This document shows, one piece after another, positions 20,279 through 30,839 of a stretch of 64,000 bases of DNA. Each line of letters starts with the position of its first letter. Position 1 is the stretch's first letter. Below the pieces are notes generated by a model. The model had not been told where the DNA came from. It did no database searches and saw only the letters and a program-made list of their open reading frames with translations. The DNA is from Candidatus Methanosuratincola mesotaenarum (GTDB lineage: Archaea > Thermoproteota > Methanomethylicia > Methanomethylicales > Methanomethylicaceae), in the NCBI GenBank assembly GCA_038801705.1, contig JAULTC010000002.1, positions 323,127 through 387,126 of the forward strand, written 5' to 3'. The translations under genes were made by a program, and so were the position numbers.

Positions 20279-20662
20279 CTACTCGATGCCAATCCTCTTG
20301 GTGATCTTCACGATTATGAATATCACGAATGCAACGACGATGAATGTAATCACAGCGACTAGGAAGCTGCCGACGCGGAATATCTGGTTGCCCACGGCAA
20401 CCTCGAGTGTCGCCAGATCAGCCATTCCTGGCAGCGCCAGCCCGATCAGCGGCATCAGTATATCCTTAACTAGCGACTGCGTCAGCGCGCCCAAGTACAA
20501 GCCGAGGATGAACGCTACCGCCATCCCCATGACCTTATAGCTCTTGATGAACTCCTTGAACTCATTGATCAGCCCCTTGGGTGCAGGCGGCGGTGGAGGT
20601 GCAGGTTTCGGTTCGAGAAGCTTTCTTATCTGCTTCAGCTCTTCAAGCATTTCATCGGACAA
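20279..20662 (-). CDS. mscL: Large-conductance mechanosensitive channel family
   Basis: EFKEFI...VMGMAVAFILG, SLVKDILMP, GSFLVAVITF. Confidence 0.85.
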   Translation of the reverse strand: MSDEMLEELKQIRKLLEPKPAPPPPPAPKGLINEFKEFIKSYKVMGMAVAFILGLYLGALTQSLVKDILMPLIGLALPGMADLATLEVAVGNQIFRVGSFLVAVITFIVVAFVIFIIVKITKRIGIE

Positions 20663-22147
20663 ATTAATCCCTTATTTTATATTTATTATCTATTTTTATA
20701 TTTATGTACTCGGAATTACTACCGAGGTCGCCAATTTCAGGCGCGCTTCTGGAGCGCTGAGCGCGTCTTCAGCAGGGTTGAAGGCATCATTTCCACAGCC
20801 GCAGAATACATGGGCGGAGGTTGCAAAGCTACAATCCGGGATATGAGGACGTCTGCACCGGGATGATTGGTAATTTGCGATCGTCCAGGTGCTATACTGT
20901 CCTGGAAGTGCCGCTCATACAAAAGCCTGCTGGGCGTCTTGGAGGACCACGACCAAGCAGTCATGAACCGGCAGGGATCGAAAATCGGGTACCAGCACTG
21001 ATCGGCGATCGTCTACCGGTGCTGATCAGAGGAAGGCTGCGACAAGATTGAAGGAGACGCTCTGGAGGTCTGGCAGGTTCAGGAGGCCCAGCCAGAGACC
21101 GCCTAGCGTCGAAGTTTTATGGCCGAGGGGTGCAACCACCAGCACTCCAAAAAGCACTCTGCGCACCTTTGATGGACTTTTTTCTGTTAAACAACTAAAC
21201 AACTACAAGACAGGTAAAAAGGTTTTTATATTGATCATTATAAAATGTTTAATGGGAACCGGTTCAGGGATCTGACCGGGCATAGGTATGGGGTAAGGAA
21301 GGATGAGATTCAAGTTCATACGTGAGACTGGAACATTTGTGGATATCTACCTCATGAGCCAGTCCATTGCAGAGGTCACGGACAAGGTTCGAGAAATCTC
21401 TTCATTGCTCGAATCCTGAGCCTTACCATCTCCTCCGCATTTACTTATATGTTTTCTTCAGCGACCTCGAGCCAACATTTATAAATGCAGCCAAGCCGCT
21501 GGAACTTGTGGTAAACACCATGAACATGTTCAGGCTCGTCCTCGTATCTGCCATCATATTGATCATGATCATATCCATCTCCGGAACATTGGAACGCCCG
21601 GACATTGGAGTCCCCTCTTTCGTAGCCGGATTCATGATCGCCATCCTGGTCGTAAAGATCTTCAGAAGGTAGCCTACGCCGCCTCACTCATCCTGACCGA
21701 GCAGCTCATGCCTGCGCCCGACCAGGACACGAACATAGGGACAGCGCCTCTTACATAGGCTGTCTATAGCGCCATAGGATCGCCCCAATTCGTCCTTGTG
21801 ATCCGTTTCGTGGCAGGGAACACTGGCTGGGGCTATGCCTTGGATCAGGCCGCCCATGCCATGGCAGTACATGATATATGCTAGACGTGGAAAGTCGATT
21901 CCTGTGGCTGTTCCTGTTCTTGAACCTCGGAAGGCAATTCTGGGTCACATTTACCTAGGTCGGCTTCACAACCATAAAATTCAGCTAGGAATGATTTCTG
22001 GCGGTTCCCACTTCTGATAGTCCTATGTCTTTAGCTGCCTCGAGCATTCTGGCAACTTCGCCCTTTCATAACTGTGCCGTGCAATCAGCCTTTGAAACCA
22101 TTCAGAATAAGCTCTTTTTTGTTGAGCTTTTTTCTAAAAAAAGTTTC

Positions 22148-22194
22148 TGGAGCCTTAGGGGGATTTGAACCCCCGACCAACGGTTTACGAAACC
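22148..22194 (-). repeat. att site: 47-nt copy of the tRNA-Thr(CGT) 3' half
   Basis: TGGAGCCTTAG5ATTTGAACCCCCGACCAACGGTTTACGAAACC matches 26673-26720 except for one missing G. Confidence 0.93.
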
Positions 22195-22326
22195 TAAATA
22201 TGGACTATTTTGTGATTGACATTAATATTAGACCCTAGATTGAACATTTTTCAGATTCGGCAATGATTTTCAATTGCTCGTACAGGTCTGATGTACAGTA
22301 ACGGCGCTGTAGCCTCTGCGGGGCAT
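22195..22326 (-). pseudogene. int(N) remnant with RHH-like N-terminus
   Basis: With frameshifts it reads MP-RGYSAVTVH-DLYEQLKIIAESEKCSI and points into the partial att. Confidence 0.55.
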
Positions 22327-22397
22327 GATTTAGTATCTATTTTAACTATCGGTTATCCCTTGCGGTTCACTTTTGCCCTCTCCACACCCTGATCCCG

Positions 22398-22629
22398 GCT
22401 TCCGGAACCCTGGTAACGATGCGCCAGGTCGGGCAGACGCTGAGCATGGGGTTCGCAATGATGGTTCTGTCAGTCTACGTCTGGCCGGTCCAGATAAGCC
22501 CGCCCCTCTACCCGTCGTTCATGGGCACTCACTACGACCTTCGTTTTCTTTGCGGCGCTCTGCCTTGTCGGGATGGCGGCATCCCTTGCGAGAGGTAAGG
22601 TCATCGGCAATAATAGCCAGGGCATTTGA
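22398..22629 (+). pseudogene. MFS transporter C-terminal fragment
   Basis: ASGTLVTMRQVGQTLSMG, then a frameshift, then FFAALCLVGMAASLARGK; no 5' part. Confidence 0.65.
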
Positions 22630-22755
22630 TCCCGGTGGCGCCCGCCTGCTGAATAAAATAAAACGAAACCTGGAAGCCGCTGATTTCAATCGGTGGATGG
22701 CGTCATTGTCGTTATGCCTGATCGCCTCTTGTGGTTCTGCTTGAAAGCGGCGCCT

Positions 22756-24009
22756 CTATTTCTTCTTACTGATCCTCCCAATCAGTAGTCTGTCGGTCTT
22801 GAAGATATGAACCACCACGGCTACGGTTACCGCTGCAAACAGTGTGACATATAGAATGCCGCCAAGCACAAGCAGGTAGTCGTCGAACAAGAGCGCTCTC
22901 ATGGCCATCATCGGGTGGGAGAAAGGTATGGCAAACAAGAGACCCTGCAACACTACCGGCAGCGTGTTAAAGTCCTTGAACATTATGATAAGCATAGGGA
23001 TCATTGTGAGAGCTGTTATGGGGAGTATGAATGTCTGTGCGCTTTTGTAGTCCTTTGCGAAGGCTCCCAAAAGCATGCACAGAGACAGCCCGGCTAGCAA
23101 AGTTACAAACACAGACAGCCCAACCAACACATAGTCTTGGATCCCCAGCGCCAGTCCAAAATCCGCCAAGTTTACCTCTAAGCCCGTCGTTAAAGAATGC
23201 ATGTAGTACCCAAACCCTAACATGTATATGACCGCCATCAATAGTCCTACGACTGCGCTAGCAACGATTTTACCAGCGATTATGGAGCTCCTTTTTATGG
23301 GGAGCGTCAGCAGAGTCTCCAATGTTTTGTTCTCCTTCTCCATCCCCATCGATGATATGACGATGCTGCCCGCAGTTATTATTATCATCATCATGACTAC
23401 TGGGACGATTGTTGACTGCGAGGACAACATCCCCGTTATCGCTACAGGGGACAATCCTTCCATCTCCTTTCCTTTGAAAATGGTTGTTTCGTTTTTTATG
23501 GTTGGATTCAGGGCTATCTCAGGGTTAACCGAAATGTCCTGTTCAATCAGCTCTTTGGCTATCTCATGATTGATGGCTTGAATCAGAGCGTCAACAACGC
23601 CTGTGGATACGGAATCCATTATGCCTGCGCCTTTCATTATCCAATAGATTTGTATCTTCCCCGTGCTGTTCCCGTATATGCTATCACTGAAGCCCTCAGG
23701 GATTACAAGTACTGCTACGCCGTCTTTCTCCTTCACTTGCTCCAAAGCCGCCGGCACGTCGGCTCTGTCAGTAGAATTGTAGACGACCTCCGCCCGTCCG
23801 TTGAGAACCGCTGTAGCTATTCCAGATAGAGAGCCATCGTCCTCATTTATGATCCCTATAAGCGGATTTTTCGTTGCCTCCTCATTGATCCCTCCCGTCA
23901 CGCCTCCCATTCCGACAAATATGAGCGCCATGACCAGCATAGGAATTATTGTCTGAAGCGTAAGCAGCTCCCGAATTTCCTTCTTTATCATGTTGGTGAG
24001 GTCACTCAT
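22756..24009 (-). CDS. ABC-2 exporter permease (NatB-like)
   Basis: EKENKTLETLLTLP, AKDYKSAQ, IPFSHPMMA. Confidence 0.88.
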   Translation of the reverse strand: MSDLTNMIKKEIRELLTLQTIIPMLVMALIFVGMGGVTGGINEEATKNPLIGIINEDDGSLSGIATAVLNGRAEVVYNSTDRADVPAALEQVKEKDGVAVLVIPEGFSDSIYGNSTGKIQIYWIMKGAGIMDSVSTGVVDALIQAINHEIAKELIEQDISVNPEIALNPTIKNETTIFKGKEMEGLSPVAITGMLSSQSTIVPVVMMMIIITAGSIVISSMGMEKENKTLETLLTLPIKRSSIIAGKIVASAVVGLLMAVIYMLGFGYYMHSLTTGLEVNLADFGLALGIQDYVLVGLSVFVTLLAGLSLCMLLGAFAKDYKSAQTFILPITALTMIPMLIIMFKDFNTLPVVLQGLLFAIPFSHPMMAMRALLFDDYLLVLGGILYVTLFAAVTVAVVVHIFKTDRLLIGRISKKK

Positions 24010-24722
24010 TTGACCACCTCCGCGAATACCTCTTCAAGGTTGGCGGCATTGTACTTCTCCTTCAGCTCATGAGGGCTCCCCTCCTCGACTATTTTCCCCT
24101 CATTTATCAGGGCAATGTGACTGCACAAGAAATCTACTTCAAACATGTTATGCGAAGATAACAGAATCGTGGTCCCATCCTTGACCGCATCTTGTATTAT
24201 TTTTCTTACCTCTTGAGCATTAACCACGTCTAAACCGGAGGTTGGCTCGTCCAGCACCGCCAGCCTTGGCTGCATCATCAGGGCTCTCCCAACCAAGAGG
24301 CGCCTTATCATCCCCTTGCTGTAAGTATCCACCTTGTCGTTGATCCTTTCCCCCAGGTCCGCAATCTTCATTCCTCTCTCAACCATCTTCTTGGTCTTGT
24401 TGCCGTCTTTGAAGAAGGCTGCGATGAACTCCAGATAACGCTTGCCCGTGAGGTCTTTGTATGCTCCCGCATCTTCTGGCAAGTAGCTTATGAGCTGTCT
24501 AACTTGACCTGCTTCTTTGATCACGTCGTGACCAAACACCTTTACAGAGCCGGAGGTTATCTGCAGGAGTGTTGATATTATCCTCAATGCAGTCGTCTTA
24601 CCGGCGGCGTTCGGTCCTATCAGCCCGAATATCACCCCCTCGTCTACATCGAACGATATTCCTTTAAGTACCCTGAAACTTCCGTAATCTTTAACCAAAT
24701 CTTTAACTTCAACGGCTAACAT
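24006..24722 (-). CDS. ABC exporter ATPase (NatA-like)
   Basis: GPNAAGKTT, YSKGM signature, LDEPTSGLD, SSH. Confidence 0.9.
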   Translation of the reverse strand: MLAVEVKDLVKDYGSFRVLKGISFDVDEGVIFGLIGPNAAGKTTALRIISTLLQITSGSVKVFGHDVIKEAGQVRQLISYLPEDAGAYKDLTGKRYLEFIAAFFKDGNKTKKMVERGMKIADLGERINDKVDTYSKGMIRRLLVGRALMMQPRLAVLDEPTSGLDVVNAQEVRKIIQDAVKDGTTILLSSHNMFEVDFLCSHIALINEGKIVEEGSPHELKEKYNAANLEEVFAEVVK

Positions 24723-25799
24723 TTCTGCGCTGCTCCATCATTGGTTAACTGTTAACGTTGGCGATATTAATATGTCCTATGATTCAAATATCTTTCTTTC
24801 ATGAAAGACGCAATCCTTGGCTGGTGGCCCACATCTTCGAAGCTGGCGGTTGCTGCTTCATGCCACGCAGATTAACTTCTAATATCGCCTCTGGTTGGTA
24901 CGACAGTAATTCTCCCGGGGTTTGGCATTGCATATCGCGGTCCATTATTGCCATCGGTCTATCTATGTCGAAAGTCCATCGAGTATATCCCAATCTACTG
25001 CATAACAGGCAGTAACGATTCTCAACGCCGGGACGAACCACCAAAGAAGATGTCTTGCATCTGTCAGAGTCCAGGGCAAGACCGTGGCAAAGACCTACGC
25101 GCTGATAACGACGGACCCACTAGAAGAACAAGCTCATCGGAGTCAAGAGGAAAGTGGAGAGGGTCTGTGGGTTCACGCAGTGCATGGTCGAGGAGGACCT
25201 GCCCAAGCTGCTCCCCAAGAACCAGAGCAGGCTCTTGCAGTTCTGATGCGCAAGACGAAGCGGCCCCATGGCGGGCTGGCAAACAAAACAAAGGGTGAGG
25301 GGAGCGGGAATGGGAAAAGAGAGGGAAAAGAGGAGGGAAGAAAGGGCTCTGGAGGGGCGGGGGGTTGACCAACCTCAAGCCAGGACTCGACTTATTTGCC
25401 TTTTCTTCATCCACGTGGGGAGCCAACCGTCTGTCGATTCAACTTCTTTTCGAGCGCTCTGATCATTAGGTTGCTCAAGTAAGGTTCGCTCAATTCTAGG
25501 CCTTCTTCTGTCAGTGGGGCTCTGTGGACAAAGTCGCCCGCCTTTATTTCTATGTACTCTGCTGAGGGGGCGTTCTTCGGCTTGTTCTTCTTCAATCATT
25601 TCTTTTTCCTCAGCCTTCATAAATTTGACTTTGATTAAATTTGCGTCATCGTAAAAAGCCTCCGTAATGGGCCGCTCATTACTTTTTGCTACTGGCACCT
25701 CGCAACCTGCAATTAGCTGTAAACGCTGTTCCGGAACTCCGGAACCAGCACTCCCGCCCTCCTTGAGAGATACGACTTGTGAGGAGTCCAGATACGTCA

Positions 25800-26720
25800 G
25801 CCCATACGACAGCGCCTTCGGCCCCTCCTTGTCGTATATGGCCTTCAGCTTCTCAGGGCGGTAGTCGGTGTAGTGCCTGGCCAGGACTGACCAGGGGACC
25901 CTGCCGCAGAACGCATCTATGTAGCGCTCGGGGACGCCCAGGCCGCTCATTTCTTCAGCAAACCACTCCCTCAGGACTTGGGGGGGTTATCTCTAGGCAG
26001 GTCTTCTGCCTGGCTTCTTTCCATATTATTTTAACTTCTGCTTCTGATTGGATGAAAAAACCTCTTCTCTTCCCCCCTTATTTTTCAAGTATTCGTCGAG
26101 TGCCTCTTCTGTCTCTGAATTGTAGAACGCCACCCAGACATGCTTGTTTTTCCCTTCCTTTTTCGCCATCAGCATCCTCTTACTGAAGTCTATCTCGCCC
26201 ATCTTTAGGTCTAACAGCTTCCCCCTCAGGCCTGAAGAGGCAAACATCAAGAAGAGCGCTCTTTCCTTCGCGCTCCTGATTGAATCATAGAACTTTTAGG
26301 TCCTCCTTCGATGGTATGGGCTTGGGGGATATAGTGACAGACGGGAACTTGAACCCCGCAAAGTCCTCCATGCCCAAGACTTCGGAAGTATACCCTCAGT
26401 GTGGACAGATGGTTCCTGTATGTGCTCTTGCTCTTGAACTTGGAAAGGTACTTCTGCACTGCATCGGGGTTTACATCCATGCCATCAAACTCCATCAGGA
26501 ACCGCTTCAGGATATTGGCATAGCTCTGGACAGTCCTCCTAGTCAACAATTTCCTTTCCAGGATCTTGGTAAAACGGAAGACTTGTTCGTCACTGTACTG
26601 TACCATTAGCCCTGAACAACGTTCAGAAAAACCTTCTTTTGGTTGAGCTTTTCTTCCGAAGAAAAGGTCAAATGGAGCCTTAGGGGGGATTTGAACCCCC
26701 GACCAACGGTTTACGAAACC
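25800..26720 (-). pseudogene. Tyrosine recombinase int(C), multiply frameshifted
   Basis: SAM-like N-domain (26247-26606), ALFLMFASSGLR (about 26240), ITP-QVLREWF, and YIDAFCGRVPWSVLARHY with the catalytic Tyr. Confidence 0.85.
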
Positions 26721-26749
26721 GTCGCTCTGCCGGGCTGAGCCACTAAGGC
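26673..26749 (-). tRNA. tRNA-Thr(CGT)
   Basis: GCCTTAG/CTAAGGC acceptor, ACGGT-TTCGTAA-ACCGT, encoded CCA. Confidence 0.96.
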
Positions 26750-26832
26750 ATATCCCACCGGTCTAAAGGAATGCCAAAAAATAAATCCTTTTCCATCCAT
26801 TCTGTAACTGCAGGTTCGCTGGAGGCTTCTCG

Positions 26833-27846
26833 ATGGCGCGGTCTCGGGCACGGGATATCGGTGAGAGGGGGATCATCGATCTGATCTGGACGCTCGTCGA
26901 CCGTAAGTCCCCCCGCGCCCGCTTGGAAAGCCCCCTGCCCCACCCTGACGACGCCTCCGCCATCCCCCTCCAGGACGGGCGGTACTTGGTTCTCAAGACG
27001 GATATGTTCGTGAGGCGAACCGATGCACCGAAGGGGATGCACCACTCCCAGATGGGGAGGAAGTCCGTCGTGATGTGCGCAAGCGATCTCGCGGCGAAGG
27101 GAGCCATGCCGCATGCATTCATGCACTCGATGGGGATTCCGCCTGGGTACCGTTCCGGTAGCCTCATGGGTTTGGTCGATGGAATCCTCTCCGCATGCGA
27201 GGAGTATGACCTGAAGTTCCTCGGCGGAGACCTGGGCGAGTCTAGGGACCTCGTTGTGGCCGGATTCATGGTCGGGTTCGCCAACCGCCTCGTGAAGAGG
27301 TCTGGCGCGTCCCCAGGGGATCTGCTGGCAGTCACCGGTCTGTTCGGCGACACTGCCTCCGCCCTTGAGATCCTACTGAATGGGAAGTGCGCACCGAGCA
27401 AATTAAGGAGGAGGCTGCTCAGGAGCATCTACCACCCTGAAGCGAGGGTCAAGCTGGGCGTCGCCCTCGCCGAGACAGGGGCAGTCACCTCCTCGATGGA
27501 CTCGAGCGACGGGCTCGCTTTCACCCTCCACGAGCTCGCGAAGTCGAGCGGGGTCCGCCTTGTGCTCTCCAAGGTGCCCGTGTCCAGGGCAGCTGAAGAG
27601 TTCGCCTCGATCCACAAAATCTCGGCTGATGGACTTGCGCTCTACGGCGGTGAGGAATACGAAATCGTCCTGACAGTCAGGCCAGAGATGCTCGAGGAGG
27701 CTCAAAGGGTGGCAGCAGGGATCGGAGGTCGCCTTATCCAGATAGGCAATGTAGTTGAAGGTCAGGGCGTCTTCGTAAGCGACACAGGCGGCAGATCGGA
27801 GCTCCCCGTAGGGGCGAGAGGCTGGGAGCACCTGAGGTATCCATAG
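26833..27846 (+). CDS. thiL: Thiamine-monophosphate kinase
   Basis: GERGII, DDA, KTD, SDLAAKGA, GGD, DSSDGL, GGEEYE. Confidence 0.93.
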   Translation: MARSRARDIGERGIIDLIWTLVDRKSPRARLESPLPHPDDASAIPLQDGRYLVLKTDMFVRRTDAPKGMHHSQMGRKSVVMCASDLAAKGAMPHAFMHSMGIPPGYRSGSLMGLVDGILSACEEYDLKFLGGDLGESRDLVVAGFMVGFANRLVKRSGASPGDLLAVTGLFGDTASALEILLNGKCAPSKLRRRLLRSIYHPEARVKLGVALAETGAVTSSMDSSDGLAFTLHELAKSSGVRLVLSKVPVSRAAEEFASIHKISADGLALYGGEEYEIVLTVRPEMLEEAQRVAAGIGGRLIQIGNVVEGQGVFVSDTGGRSELPVGARGWEHLRYP

Positions 27847-27861
27847 GGGGCTGGCGAGCAG

Positions 27862-29565
27862 ATGCGCATCCTCATAATAGACGGCTACACCGACGAGCCT
27901 GCAGGGCTGGGCGTCCCGCCTTACATTGACATCTATCCCCGGTATATAGCCGGCGCGGTTTGGTGCGCCTCGCCCGAAGCTGAGATCCTCTATCTGACAA
28001 TAGACGCTGCGAGGCGGGACCGAGAAGGGCTCAGGCGCCTCTCCCAAGCCTCGGATCTCTCGGTCCTGATCGCCGGGGTTACCGTGCCGGGGAAGTACCT
28101 CTCGGGAGCGCCCGCAACCTACAACGACGCCGTCCGCCTGCCGGGGCTGCTAGGATCAAAGTACAAGGCGATCTGCGGTCCCGCCGCAAAGTTTGGCTTT
28201 GGGAGAGGTGGCGGAAGAAGATGCGTTTCGAAAGACCTTCGCGACCTCTATGACTTTGTGATAACCGGCGACCCCGAGGTGGTGGTTTACCGCCTGATGA
28301 AGGAGAAGTTCAGCGATAGGGTCGAACTCGACTCCGTCCGGGAGAGCGCCGGGGGATCAGACGCGTTCGCGGAAAGGGGCGCAAGGGTGATACGGCAGCA
28401 CCCGCTCTCCCCAGAAAGCCTCATCTGCGAGATCGAGACCTACCGGGGCTGCCCGCGCTCCATCGTAGGGGGATGCTCATTCTGCACAGAGCCGCTTCAC
28501 GGGTACCCTGAGTTCAGGAGCGTGAGGGGTATCGCCCGTGAGGTGGCCGCGCTCCACTCGGAGGGTGCTGTGAACTTCAGGATCGGGAGGCAGCCCGACC
28601 TCCTGATATATGGGTCCAAGGACACGGGCTTGGCGTGCCCAGCGCCGAACCCATCGGCGATACGACGCCTCTTCTCCTCGATCCGGAAGGCTGCCCCGTC
28701 GCTCCGGGTACTGCACATCGACAACTGCAACCCGGCTACGATAGCCGAGTACCCTGAGCTCTCCGAGAAGGCGCTGAGGGAGGTCGTAAGGCAACACACC
28801 TCTGGGGACACTGCCGCGCTGGGCATAGAATCTTTGGATGAGGAGGTGATCAGGAGGAATAACCTGAAGGTTGGGTACGATGGTGCAATGAGAGCTGTCT
28901 TGCTGATAAACAGGATCGGGGCGGAGAGAGGCGAGAGCGGTATGCCCCACCTGCTCCCTGGCCTGAACTTCGTCTACGGTCTCCCTGGGGAGACGAAGAG
29001 TACCTATGAAATGAACTTCGACTTCATGAAGGAGGCGCTCGATTCCGGGCTCCTCTTCAGGCGCGTGAACCTGAGGCAGGTGATGGTTATGCCTTCGACG
29101 AGAATGGAGTCAGCTGGGGACTACTTCGCGAGGAAGCATCGCCACCTATTCTTATCCCACAAGCTTAGGGTGAGGCAGGAGATCGACCTTCCCATGATGA
29201 GGCGGGTGGTTCCTGCCTTCACCGTCCTCAGAAGGGTGCGGACAGAGCTGATCCAGGGAGGGATGACTTGGGGTCGCCAGATCGGATCCTACCCCGTGCT
29301 GGTTGGGATCCCGAGGCAGGTCGGGGTGGGGTCGTTCCTGGACATCTTGGTAGTCTCGCACGGCCCGAGGTCTGTAGGGGGCATTCGCTTTCCAGTCAGG
29401 ATGAACGACCTCGCCCTCAGGGAGCTCGAGAGCATACCTGGCGTGGGTTCGAAGAGAGCCGCCTCGATCGTGCTGAGCCGCCCTTTCCCAGACCTCAACT
29501 CCTTCATGGAGAAGTTCGGAGATGTCCCAGCCCTCGCGCGGATGGCCCCGTTCTTGGAGTTTTGA
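27862..29565 (+). CDS. Radical SAM protein with C-terminal helix-hairpin-helix (COG1031-like)
   Basis: IIDGYTDEPAGLGVPPYI, ETYRGCPRSIVGGCSFCTEP, C-terminal IPGVGSKRA. Confidence 0.85.
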   Translation: MRILIIDGYTDEPAGLGVPPYIDIYPRYIAGAVWCASPEAEILYLTIDAARRDREGLRRLSQASDLSVLIAGVTVPGKYLSGAPATYNDAVRLPGLLGSKYKAICGPAAKFGFGRGGGRRCVSKDLRDLYDFVITGDPEVVVYRLMKEKFSDRVELDSVRESAGGSDAFAERGARVIRQHPLSPESLICEIETYRGCPRSIVGGCSFCTEPLHGYPEFRSVRGIAREVAALHSEGAVNFRIGRQPDLLIYGSKDTGLACPAPNPSAIRRLFSSIRKAAPSLRVLHIDNCNPATIAEYPELSEKALREVVRQHTSGDTAALGIESLDEEVIRRNNLKVGYDGAMRAVLLINRIGAERGESGMPHLLPGLNFVYGLPGETKSTYEMNFDFMKEALDSGLLFRRVNLRQVMVMPSTRMESAGDYFARKHRHLFLSHKLRVRQEIDLPMMRRVVPAFTVLRRVRTELIQGGMTWGRQIGSYPVLVGIPRQVGVGSFLDILVVSHGPRSVGGIRFPVRMNDLALRELESIPGVGSKRAASIVLSRPFPDLNSFMEKFGDVPALARMAPFLEF

Positions 29566-29605
29566 GGGCAAAACTCTTTAATCTGATGCGGGCAACTCAT
29601 TACCC

Positions 29606-30055
29606 ATGGAGATAAAGAAAATACTCGTGCCCGTGGATGGGTCGCCTGCCACCAGAAGGGTGGTTGAGTGGGCCTGCCACTTTGCGAGGATCTTCGGATC
29701 TGAGCTGCTGATCCTCCATGTAGTCTCGATCCCGCCGGTCCAAGACGTGAGCGGGATCCAGGTCGCGGCCAAGGAGCTCGAGGAGGCTGGGCAGTCGATC
29801 CTCAGCAGCGCCGTTAGGGTGGCCGAGGAAAGGTCCGTGCGCCCCACCGCGATTCTCGACTTCTCCGTCGGGAACGCCGGAATGCGAATCGCCCAGATAG
29901 CGAAGGACAAGTCCGCTGACATGATAGTGATAGGCGCGCGTGGCCAGAGCAGGATACGAATGCTCCTGATGGGGAGCGTTGCCAACAGTGTGGTCAACAA
30001 TGCCCCATGCCCGGTCTTCGTCGTGAGACCCTGCGGGGACCAGGATACTGTCTAA
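29606..30055 (+). CDS. Universal stress protein
   Basis: KKILVPVDGS, DMIVIGARG, LMGSVANSVV, PCPVFVV. Confidence 0.93.
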   Translation: MEIKKILVPVDGSPATRRVVEWACHFARIFGSELLILHVVSIPPVQDVSGIQVAAKELEEAGQSILSSAVRVAEERSVRPTAILDFSVGNAGMRIAQIAKDKSADMIVIGARGQSRIRMLLMGSVANSVVNNAPCPVFVVRPCGDQDTV

Positions 30056-30068
30056 GGCGGTTTTTGAC

Positions 30069-30839
30069 TTGGACCTTATACAGGCGATCGCGCTAGGCAT
30101 TGTCCAAGGCATCACAGAGTGGCTCCCGATATCCAGCTCCGGTCACCTCGTGCTCCTACAGGAGACGATGGGGCTGAGCGTCCCGATCCTTTTCGACCTT
30201 ACCCTCCACCTCGGAACACTAGTTGCGGTCTGCGCCTACTTCAGGGGGGAGATTATCTGGATCGTGCGGTCCGTCCTGAGGATGGAGACGAAGTCTGAGG
30301 GGTTCAGAACTGCAGTTCTCCTCGCCGTCGGCACGGTGCCCGCCGCCTTGGCAGGCTACTTCCTCAACGACCTCTTCGAGAACCTGTTCCAGAGCCTCTT
30401 AGCAGTCGGGATCGGCTTCCTGATCACCGCCGCTTCACTCGCCTTCTCAAAGGTCGTCGGTGGGGGGAAGAAAAGCGTGGACGCTGCGAGGGCGCTCCTC
30501 ATAGGCACATTCCAAGCACTCGCGATCGCCCCAGGCGTCTCGAGAAGCGGCATGACGATCTCCTCAGCGCTTCTATCCGGCGTAGAGAAGGGATCCGCCT
30601 TCAGGTTCTCATTCCTTCTTTCGATCCCCGTGATCCTTGGCGCATTTGTATTCGAACTCCCCGGGGTCCAGGCATTATCACTCGGGTGGGATTACCTCGC
30701 TGGCTTCTTGGCGTCTGCATTCGTCGGATACGCGTCCATAGGGATAGTGAAGCGGGCAGTCCTCTCGGATCGCTTCTCAATCTTCTCGGTCTACTGTGCC
30801 ATCCTCGGGGTCTCGCTCCTTGCTTACACGCTGGCTTGA
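30069..30839 (+). CDS. uppP: Undecaprenyl-diphosphate phosphatase (BacA family)
   Basis: QGITEWLPISSSGHL, LHLGT, PGVSRSG, FSFLLSIP. Confidence 0.93.
   Translation: MDLIQAIALGIVQGITEWLPISSSGHLVLLQETMGLSVPILFDLTLHLGTLVAVCAYFRGEIIWIVRSVLRMETKSEGFRTAVLLAVGTVPAALAGYFLNDLFENLFQSLLAVGIGFLITAASLAFSKVVGGGKKSVDAARALLIGTFQALAIAPGVSRSGMTISSALLSGVEKGSAFRFSFLLSIPVILGAFVFELPGVQALSLGWDYLAGFLASAFVGYASIGIVKRAVLSDRFSIFSVYCAILGVSLLAYTLA

Larger units (their letters stand above)
22148..26749 (-). mobile_element. Degraded integrated element in tRNA-Thr(CGT), SSV-type integrase
   Basis: Bounded by the full tRNA and its duplicated 3' half; integrase halves abut the two att copies. Confidence 0.85.

Noticed and set aside
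20700-22020. Small ORFs, including a 50-aa hydrophobic peptide near 21520-21672 and a faint integrase-C-like stretch near 21700-21870
   Set aside because: Cannot be assigned by eye; treated as decayed accessory DNA.
24722-25800. ORFs inside the integrated element (24799-25044, 25084-25368, tail of 25375-25950)
   Set aside because: Frameshifted or low-complexity; only the first 45 aa or so of 25375-25950 is integrase.
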